Of a DNA stretch of 64,000 bases, positions 8,383 to 14,977 are shown piece by piece; within the stretch, counting starts at the first letter, position 1; every line of letters begins with the position of its first letter. Origin of the DNA: Candidatus Pacearchaeota archaeon (lineage in GTDB: Archaea; Nanobdellota; Nanobdellia; Pacearchaeales; GW2011-AR1); contig JAGLQO010000011.1 in assembly GCA_023136775.1 (NCBI GenBank), positions 34,528-98,527 on the forward strand, read 5' to 3'. Under the pieces are notes generated by a model, which saw nothing but the letters and a program-made list of their open reading frames with translations, was not told the origin of the DNA and did not search any database. The translations under genes and the position numbers were made by a program.

Positions 8383-9231
8383 ATGAATGAGCAAACAATT
8401 AGAAGTGAGTATATTGAAAGGCCCGATGATCAAATCAAACTTCTCTGCTCATATACTACAAGAAGGGAAGGTTTTTTAGATATTTTGTTGTCGAAAACAC
8501 TTCTGTCATCTAAAGAAACAAAAAGACTATTTGGAAAAACTAGAACACACCGTGGTAGTTCAATGACCTGTGGCGGTAGAGAATCATCGTTTAAGGCAAA
8601 TCACGAAATTAGTTTTTCAACGGGTTTTGTTTCATTCAAATATTCAGATCCATCAATAAAAATACGTGAAGATTATATTGGTGGATTTGGAGTTTTTGTT
8701 CCACTTGATACAATTTTAGAACATTCATATTTGGGATTTAGTCATTGCAGTGGCAAGGGGGGAATTAAAGACTATAGATTGAACAAAGACAATATTAGAG
8801 CTGCTGTTCATCAAACAAGAAGAGCTGGAGAATTGTATGATGATGGATATGGTAATGTATTTGAAGTGGGAATTTGGCCAGAGTTTGATGAGAATGAATC
8901 ATCTGATTTATTCAGGAAAGTTGTTACGTATCCAAGATTGGCGTTATCTGGAGATGTTGTTGTAGCAATTCCAGAAAATGAACGGAAAAGTATTGTTACA
9001 GATGTTCATAAAAAACAAGAAGAATATGCAAAATTCCTTGACAAAATTAAAGGAGAAGATCCTGGACAATTAAAATGGAAATCAATTGATGGAAGGGATT
9101 TATATTATCCAGAAGAATCTATTTCTTTCATGGAAAAAATGCTTGAACCATTAAAAATTGATGAGTTGCCTATTTTTTGGTATCCGCAAAGAAATCTTGA
9201 CATTGCTTTACAACGTTTAGCAATCTTGTAA
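8383..9231 (+). CDS. Hypothetical protein
   Basis: 282-aa ORF with ATG start and ordinary composition. No motif recognised. Confidence 0.5.
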   Translation: MNEQTIRSEYIERPDDQIKLLCSYTTRREGFLDILLSKTLLSSKETKRLFGKTRTHRGSSMTCGGRESSFKANHEISFSTGFVSFKYSDPSIKIREDYIGGFGVFVPLDTILEHSYLGFSHCSGKGGIKDYRLNKDNIRAAVHQTRRAGELYDDGYGNVFEVGIWPEFDENESSDLFRKVVTYPRLALSGDVVVAIPENERKSIVTDVHKKQEEYAKFLDKIKGEDPGQLKWKSIDGRDLYYPEESISFMEKMLEPLKIDELPIFWYPQRNLDIALQRLAIL

Positions 9232-9384
9232 AATGATTAGGGGTACTTCCTTTTTCTGATTAGCTCTGATTCCAAAATTGAAACTAACATTTTAGAATAA
9301 AAGAAGTTTTTCTCGAAGAGAAAAATTTAAGTGGAGAAATCTATAAAGCGTGGCAAGAAATTATGGAATAATTTCGCAGAGTTT

Positions 9385-9451
9385 CAATTTCTCTTTTCAG
9401 GTTGGAGGGGACGACCAAAGTATTGGAGAGGTAAGTCCACTTTTTGTTTTT
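9385..9451 (+). repeat. Family E, left direct repeat flanking the AlbA_2/ATPase gene and the iteron array
   Basis: caatttctcttttcaggttggaggggacgaccaaagtattggagaggtaagtccactttttgttttt. About 85 percent identical by eye to 11342-11412. Confidence 0.75.
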
Positions 9452-9546
9452 CTAAAAAAGAAAATTAGGCTCTCTTTTGTCTTCTTTTTTGAAAAGAAGA
9501 TGTTATTTAACTTAAACTATAAAAGGCATACTTTCCTGATTCCTGC

Positions 9547-10983
9547 ATGGAAGAAAAAGAATTTGAGGAATTATTAAATGAATTACTTTCTTATGGGCAA
9601 GAAACAGAATGGATTGAATTTAAGAAAAATAATTCTAGTCCTGAAGAAATTGGAGAATATGTTTCTGCATTATCCAACTCTGCTTGTCTTTCAAAAAGAA
9701 ATCATGGCTATTTGGTTTATGGTATTGATAACGATTCTTTGGAGATAATCGGAACCAAAGTAAGCTTCAAAAATATGAAAAAAGGTGGACAGGAAATTAA
9801 TCATTGGTTAACTATGAGCTTAGATCCTAAAATAGATTTTAGAATAATTGAAAACATGATTGATGATAAAAGGATTGTTATAATTGAAATAGACTGTGCA
9901 AATTCTAGACCAATAAGATTTAAGGGTGTTGCATATATAAGAATCGGGAGTTCAAAAGATAGGTTAGACAAACATCCTCAAAAAGAAAAGAAACTTTGGG
10001 ATATTCTTAATCATAAGAATTTCGAGGATGGAATTACACTTGAAAAAGTTGATGAGAATAAAGTAATTGAACTTTTAGATTACCCCGCATACTTTAATTT
10101 AATGAAATTAGAATTGCCAACAAACAAATCAGCTATTTTAGAAAAGCTAGAACAAGAATGTTTGATTTTGAAAAAAGGTAAAAAATATTCTATAACAAAT
10201 TTAGGAGGAATATTATTTGCAAAAGATTTATCTCAATTTCCAAATCTTGCAAGAAAAATCATTAGGATAATAATTTATAGAGGGAACAATAAATTAGAAA
10301 CTATAAGAGAAGAATCAAGTAATAAGGGATATGCAATTGCCTATCAAGAGTTAGTAAAATTTATTATGGATCAGTTGCCAACAAATGAAGTAATTGATAA
10401 TGCCTTAAGAAAAAAAGTTGAGATGTTTCCAGAGATTGCGATAAGGGAATTGTTGGCGAACACAATTATTCATCAAGATTTTACAGAAAAAGGAATGAAT
10501 CCTATGATTGAAGTTTATTCAAACAGGATTGAATTTATCAATGCGGGGAGACCTCTAATTAAGCCAAGTAGATTTATTGATTATCCTCCAAAATCCAGAA
10601 ATGAAAAATTAGCGGACTTTATGAGGAGAATAAATATTTGTGAAAGGCGTGGAAGTGGAATTGATAAGGTTATTAATTCTGTAGAAATTTTTCAACTCCC
10701 TGCTCCAGAATTTATTGATGGAGAAGATTTTATGCAAGTGATTTTGTATTCTCATAGGAGGTTTAGGGAGATGGATAAAAAAGATAGGATCCGGGCATGT
10801 TATCAGCATTGTGTTTTGAAATATATTTTTAAAGAGTTTATGACTAATGAGAGTTTGAGGGAGAGGTTCAGTATTAGTAAGAAAAATTACCCAATGGTTT
10901 CGAGGGTTATTCGAGATGCTATTGGAGCAGAGGTTATTCGAAAGGATAAAGAAACTAAAAAGTATGTTCCGTTTTGGGCTTGA
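9547..10983 (+). CDS. AlbA_2 (Schlafen-like divergent AAA) plus HATPase_c_4-type ATP-binding protein, often annotated RecG-like transcriptional regulator
   Basis: N-terminus ETEWIEFKKNN..EIGEYVSALSNS..GYLVYGI is typical of the AlbA_2 domain. C-terminal IRELLANTIIHQDF..RGSGIDKV is HATPase-like. Terminal wHTH-like tail. Confidence 0.6.
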   Translation: MEEKEFEELLNELLSYGQETEWIEFKKNNSSPEEIGEYVSALSNSACLSKRNHGYLVYGIDNDSLEIIGTKVSFKNMKKGGQEINHWLTMSLDPKIDFRIIENMIDDKRIVIIEIDCANSRPIRFKGVAYIRIGSSKDRLDKHPQKEKKLWDILNHKNFEDGITLEKVDENKVIELLDYPAYFNLMKLELPTNKSAILEKLEQECLILKKGKKYSITNLGGILFAKDLSQFPNLARKIIRIIIYRGNNKLETIREESSNKGYAIAYQELVKFIMDQLPTNEVIDNALRKKVEMFPEIAIRELLANTIIHQDFTEKGMNPMIEVYSNRIEFINAGRPLIKPSRFIDYPPKSRNEKLADFMRRINICERRGSGIDKVINSVEIFQLPAPEFIDGEDFMQVILYSHRRFREMDKKDRIRACYQHCVLKYIFKEFMTNESLRERFSISKKNYPMVSRVIRDAIGAEVIRKDKETKKYVPFWA

Positions 10984-11337
10984 TTTTAATGTAACTGGGA
11001 TGTAACTGGAATTACCTTTTTTCTCTAAAAGTGCGAAATTTAGCCTTTTCAGGCTAGTTTTTGGCTAATTTAATGTAACTGGGATGTGACTGAAGTGGAA
11101 TTTTTTGGTAAAAACGTTGAATTTAAGCTATTTTAGGCTTGATTTATTGTGACTGAAGTTTGAGATGTGATAAATATTATAGTGAGGATAAAGGGGCTAA
11201 AAGATATCTGCCAATTTGGGCTTAAAATCAATGTAAGTGGAATGTAACTGAAACGACGTTTTTTTAGAAAAATGCTAACCCTAGGCTTTGTAGGCTATTT
11301 CGGACTAATTTTGATGTAAGTAGAATGTAACTCATGA
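10984..11337 (+). repeat. Iteron-like tandem array: about 4 units of 78-85 nt, each headed by the doubled motif aatgtaactgggatgtaactg
   Basis: Units start near 10984, 11069, 11229 and 11312, with a degenerate one near 11147. Each has atgtaac(t/g)..atgt(a/g)actg, a T-run and A-run, and a small hairpin such as tagcct-tttc-aggcta. Confidence 0.7.
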
Positions 11338-11341
11338 GTTT

Positions 11342-11412
11342 TAATTTTTCTTTTCAGGTTAGGGGAGGGGGACGACCAATGTATTGGAGAGATAAGCCCG
11401 CTTTTTGTTTTT
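11342..11412 (+). repeat. Family E, right direct repeat
   Basis: taatttttcttttcaggttaggggagggggacgaccaatgtattggagagataagcccgctttttgttttt. Matches 9385-9451. Confidence 0.75.
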
Positions 11413-11460
11413 ATTTGCTTAATCAGATTATCCGTAATTTAACTCAATATTAATAATAGC

Positions 11461-11829
11461 TTAGAGAATACCTTCTTTGTATCTACGTTTATAAAAAATA
11501 TTTTGTTGATATCGGTTTCTATCTTTAAGTTTAAATTTTAAGATGGAATTTTCTCTCACAGATTTCATTAAATCGCAATGAACATCTCGGACATACTTTC
11601 CATCTAACTTATTAAAATGAATCAAGATGATAAAAGATACAAATGCTAAAATCAAAATAAATATTCCCAGCGAATTAATTTTTAAAATTTTCAATTGAAA
11701 TAAAAACAATATTAATGCGCCGAAGATACCCAGCCTTGTATAAAACTTAGTTGTTATATTATTATGTATTAATTCTAATTTATCCTTCCATATTTCTAAT
11801 ACTGCTTTTTCTATTTCCAACTTTTTCAT
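11461..11829 (-). CDS. Hypothetical membrane protein
   Basis: 122 aa with two central hydrophobic helices (LGIFGALILFLFQL, LGIFILILAFVSFIILI). Confidence 0.45.
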   Translation of the reverse strand: MKKLEIEKAVLEIWKDKLELIHNNITTKFYTRLGIFGALILFLFQLKILKINSLGIFILILAFVSFIILIHFNKLDGKYVRDVHCDLMKSVRENSILKFKLKDRNRYQQNIFYKRRYKEGIL

Positions 11830-11921
11830 GTTAAATTTAAAGTAATTACCTTTATTAATATATTTTTATTTTAAAGAGGCAGAGCCTTGTTGATTTATAT
11901 TTAGAAAAATAGAAAATAAAC

Positions 11922-12401
11922 CTAAAACAATCGATTAATCTTCTTACAATAAATTAAATAGATTACTCCAACTATTGGGACTAACCATATCCCTATTCCC
12001 ATACCCATATGTGACATTTCAAACCCAAATAATTTTTGTGCGTTTTCTCGATTAAATATGGCTATAGACAAAACTCCTAAAAAGAAATAAACAAATGTCA
12101 GAATAGACGCATATTTTGCCCATTTATATTTTAGCAAAGATACTCCACTTAGAAAATATAAAATTAAAATTATACAAAAAGAAAGAAACATTAAATAAAA
12201 AACATTATTAAAATTTGTATAAGTTAAACTTTCAGAACCAAAGATGTCTAAAATTACATTAAACCAAGTGTCTGTGGAAGTTGAAATCTTTTCTCCCATA
12301 ATATTTGAATAATAAATTGGGGAGACAAACCCAATAATTAATAATAAGAGCAATGCAAGTAATCCGGCATAATTCAAATTTCTTTTATGTCTTTTTGTCA
12401 T
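11922..12401 (-). CDS. Hypothetical polytopic membrane protein
   Basis: 159 aa with 4-5 hydrophobic segments. Its start abuts the stop of the upstream ORF 12402..12695. Confidence 0.5.
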   Translation of the reverse strand: MTKRHKRNLNYAGLLALLLLLIIGFVSPIYYSNIMGEKISTSTDTWFNVILDIFGSESLTYTNFNNVFYLMFLSFCIILILYFLSGVSLLKYKWAKYASILTFVYFFLGVLSIAIFNRENAQKLFGFEMSHMGMGIGIWLVPIVGVIYLIYCKKINRLF

Positions 12402-12695
12402 CTAATGATTCCCTTTTATCCAATTTAAAATTCTCTTGGTAATACTTTTATTTGAAAAATTTAATTCTTCCGCTGTTTCTTCAATTTGAGTTATAGCTTC
12501 AGCCCTTACTCGAAGAATTAAAAGCAATGCAGACATGTCCTTATCAATACCTTCATCTTTAGCAGAATTGCAAATATCTTTTTCCAATTCTTTTTTATTT
12601 ATATTATAGTATGCCGATAAGGCTTCAAGTTTCTTTTTAAAAGTAACTTTTTTTGGGTCTTCTTTATAGATTATTTTTAAGTACTCGGGCTTCAT
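12402..12695 (-). CDS. Hypothetical protein
   Basis: 97-aa helical, charged ORF contiguous with 11922..12401 (operon-like). Confidence 0.4.
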   Translation of the reverse strand: MKPEYLKIIYKEDPKKVTFKKKLEALSAYYNINKKELEKDICNSAKDEGIDKDMSALLLILRVRAEAITQIEETAEELNFSNKSITKRILNWIKGNH

Positions 12696-12728
12696 CTTAT
12701 TATTTTTTACGAAAGATATTACTTAAGT

Positions 12729-12917
12729 TTATTCTTTTCCGTAGCATATCCATTTGAAAACTCTAAAACTAATTATACCTTTGCAGTTTAGTTTCCAACA
12801 AAATTCTCTTAGTTTTTCATATTTGTGATTTCTTATGTAGCGATTTTTTCTTTGTTTTATAATTCTAAATGTTGCTTCGTCGTATTTTAATGATAGATGC
12901 TTTTGTTTTGAATTCAT
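12729..12917 (-). CDS. Small basic hypothetical protein, possibly ribbon-helix-helix-like
   Basis: 62 aa. KHLSLKYDEATFRIIKQ resembles an RHH strand-helix. First gene of the minus-strand cluster, next to the palindromic operator. Confidence 0.3.
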   Translation of the reverse strand: MNSKQKHLSLKYDEATFRIIKQRKNRYIRNHKYEKLREFCWKLNCKGIISFRVFKWICYGKE

Positions 12918-12920
12918 TTT

Positions 12921-12978
12921 AATACATTAATTAATGCTATGTATTGTATTTAAATCTTACTACACTAATTAATGTATT
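12921..12978. promoter_or_regulatory. Divergent promoter region with a perfect 13-bp inverted repeat (operator-like)
   Basis: aatacattaatta (12921-12933) and taattaatgtatt (12966-12978) are exact reverse complements. They lie between the divergent ORFs 12729..12917 (-) and 12979..13152 (+). Confidence 0.55.
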
Positions 12979-13152
12979 ATGGTAGAAGTAAAATTACAGG
13001 AAAGAGTTTCAAAGCAAGGGAAAAATGAGTACAAAACTTATGTTGTGACTTTGCCGAAGATTATAATTGAAGCTATTCCTAATTTGGCTAAAACGAAGAA
13101 ATTTGATGTTGAAGTTAATGATGGGAAGATTGTTTTGATTCCTAAAAAATAG
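12979..13152 (+). CDS. AbrB/SpoVT-like small DNA-binding protein (57 aa), missing from the supplied ORF track
   Basis: ATG at 12979 and TAG at 13150-13152, translated by hand: MVEVKLQERVSKQGKNEYKTYVVTLPKIIIEAIPNLAKTKKFDVEVNDGKIVLIPKK. The pattern ..V.LPK.I.. plus a terminal G.IVL.P is typical of swapped-hairpin AbrB/MazE folds. Confidence 0.5.
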   Translation: MVEVKLQERVSKQGKNEYKTYVVTLPKIIIEAIPNLAKTKKFDVEVNDGKIVLIPKK

Positions 13153-13166
13153 AAATTCTAAAGAAC

Positions 13167-14543
13167 TTATTCTATTTTAGAACTTTCTAAATACTCTCTT
13201 AAATCGTGTTGATTTCTAAGCATTCTCATATGAAAGCGTTCGTAATATTCTGGATTAATATCTGCATATTTTATTAATCTACGATAAAGATGTATGCTTT
13301 CATCAAGGTATCTAAATAATTCATGTGTTGCTCTTTTGCTTATTTTTTCTGACCTAAAATACCTTAATAATCTTGATTGCAGTCTGTCTTCCAAATGAAA
13401 TAGTTCCTCTAACATAGCTGGATGGAAATTATCTTCTTCAGAAATCATATCTAAAAAATGCATTAATCTTTCTTGATGATTTCTAATGTCATACATCACA
13501 TCTTTATTTAACTTTAAATCTTCTGCAATATACATTAAACGATGATTTAGTCTTTCTTGCCTCATTATAAATTCTCTAAAGAAAGGATGCCTGAAACTTT
13601 TTTTATCTTTAAATTTTTTATGCATAAGATAATTTCTTTCTTCAGCTAAGAGTCTCATTCTTTTAATTTCTTTTATTGATTCCTCTCCAACATTTTCTTT
13701 AAAATGAATTGAGGCAAATTTCAGAAAATTGTCAGAAGTATACATTTCAAAATCTATTTCCCCTATATCAAAAATTTCTTTTTTTAATTCATATCTTGGA
13801 GAAAAGGGTTTTTCATATTCTATTATCCACCAATCTTCTTTAGTGTCGTCAGTTACAAAGATAACAGGTTTATCTATTGTTTTACTAAAATTCAAAATCT
13901 GCTTCCATATTATTAAATCTCCAAATTTTTCCTCTCCTTCTTTTTCTCCTCCATTTGCTTTATCGTCTGCATACCCTGGAGGAATTTTATCTTTAAACCT
14001 TTTTTCTCCTTCTTTAAAGACTTCTTTTAATTCTTTATTAGAGAACTTCTCCCCAAAATTATCAAATATTTGTTCTATTTGTTCTAAAATAGTATCACTA
14101 TTTTTCCACTTTGGATGTGAAGATTTTATTTTTGTTATTTCTTCTGTTATTGAATTTAAACTACTTTCAACTTTACCATAAACTTCATCTGTATTTAACA
14201 AAGGATGATTTTCACAAGCAGTTTTTAATTTGCCCTGAAATTTATTAGAAAATGTGGTGGAAAAACTAGTAATTGTATTAATAGCATCTTGATAATTTTT
14301 TTCCAAACCTATTATAACAGAACGTCTATTTTTATGATATTCTTTTAGCACTTGATGAGGAGTCCATAGTCTATCATCTTTTTTTAAAATTTTTAAAATT
14401 TTTAAAAAATCATTTCTAGCTTTTTTATTCATTCTATAAAGTCCTTGTAAAATATTTGTGTCAAATATAAAAATTGCTTCATTCCATATTTTTTTAAGCT
14501 GTGGTTTTGAATATTGATAATACTCTTTGAATTCTTTTTGCAT
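13167..14543 (-). CDS. PIN-like nuclease domain protein with a C-terminal His/Arg-rich helical repeat region
   Basis: N-terminus IFIFDTNILQGLY, WTPHQVLKEY, and GDLIIWKQIL..PVIFVTDDTKEDWW, the hallmark of PIN-like (PIN_8-type) domains. C-terminal repeats of H..RL/ERL motifs. Confidence 0.5.
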   Translation of the reverse strand: MQKEFKEYYQYSKPQLKKIWNEAIFIFDTNILQGLYRMNKKARNDFLKILKILKKDDRLWTPHQVLKEYHKNRRSVIIGLEKNYQDAINTITSFSTTFSNKFQGKLKTACENHPLLNTDEVYGKVESSLNSITEEITKIKSSHPKWKNSDTILEQIEQIFDNFGEKFSNKELKEVFKEGEKRFKDKIPPGYADDKANGGEKEGEEKFGDLIIWKQILNFSKTIDKPVIFVTDDTKEDWWIIEYEKPFSPRYELKKEIFDIGEIDFEMYTSDNFLKFASIHFKENVGEESIKEIKRMRLLAEERNYLMHKKFKDKKSFRHPFFREFIMRQERLNHRLMYIAEDLKLNKDVMYDIRNHQERLMHFLDMISEEDNFHPAMLEELFHLEDRLQSRLLRYFRSEKISKRATHELFRYLDESIHLYRRLIKYADINPEYYERFHMRMLRNQHDLREYLESSKIE

Positions 14544-14977
14544 AACCTATTAATCTGTTTGTAGTATAAAAGTTTTATTGCAATTCTCGACGTAAGCCGA
14601 ACTATCTATCCAAAGGATTAGGAACCCCCTATCAATGAAAAATTTGTGTGAAACGAAGTGGAACCTTTTATCCTTGGTTATGCGAAATTTTAATTTCGTG
14701 GTTTGGTTTTTGTTAGTCGGATAAGTGGCGGATTGGCACTGCTCAGTATACCCCTTGGTATTTGGGGCAAAATCCTTACGTTTTTCTCGACGCTCGAAAA
14801 TAAGTAGTTTTTTATTTTGTCAAAGACAAAAAGCAATAATCCGAAGGACTGTGGGCTTATCTCTCTTAGTTTAGTGCGAGAAGAAAAGAAAAATTTAAAT
14901 TTGGGCGAAGATTATACCTAATAATTCACTAATACCTTATTCACAAAACTTATAATTCTAATTTAGATTACACTATC

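Noticed and set aside
10984-11337. Possible CRISPR array, also considered for 59101-59505
   Set aside because: Units are 78-85 nt and internally similar throughout. There is no alternation of a fixed 25-40-nt repeat with unique spacers, no cas genes and no leader. It is better described as an iteron-like or mosaic repeat.
10984-11337. Replication origin (ORB-like boxes)
   Set aside because: There is only a loose resemblance (agtggaa) to ORB cores, no orc1/cdc6 gene adjacent, and no way to evaluate skew within one window. It is kept as a low-weight alternative inside the iteron finding.
14545-14977. The 433-nt spacer upstream of uvrB as a possible structured RNA gene (RNase P RNA or SRP RNA)
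   Set aside because: I found no conserved RNase P or SRP motifs. The region contains pieces shared with other spacers (aagccga(a)ctatct, ccaaagga.. hairpin), so it is probably more mosaic repeat. I cannot support a specific RNA call.
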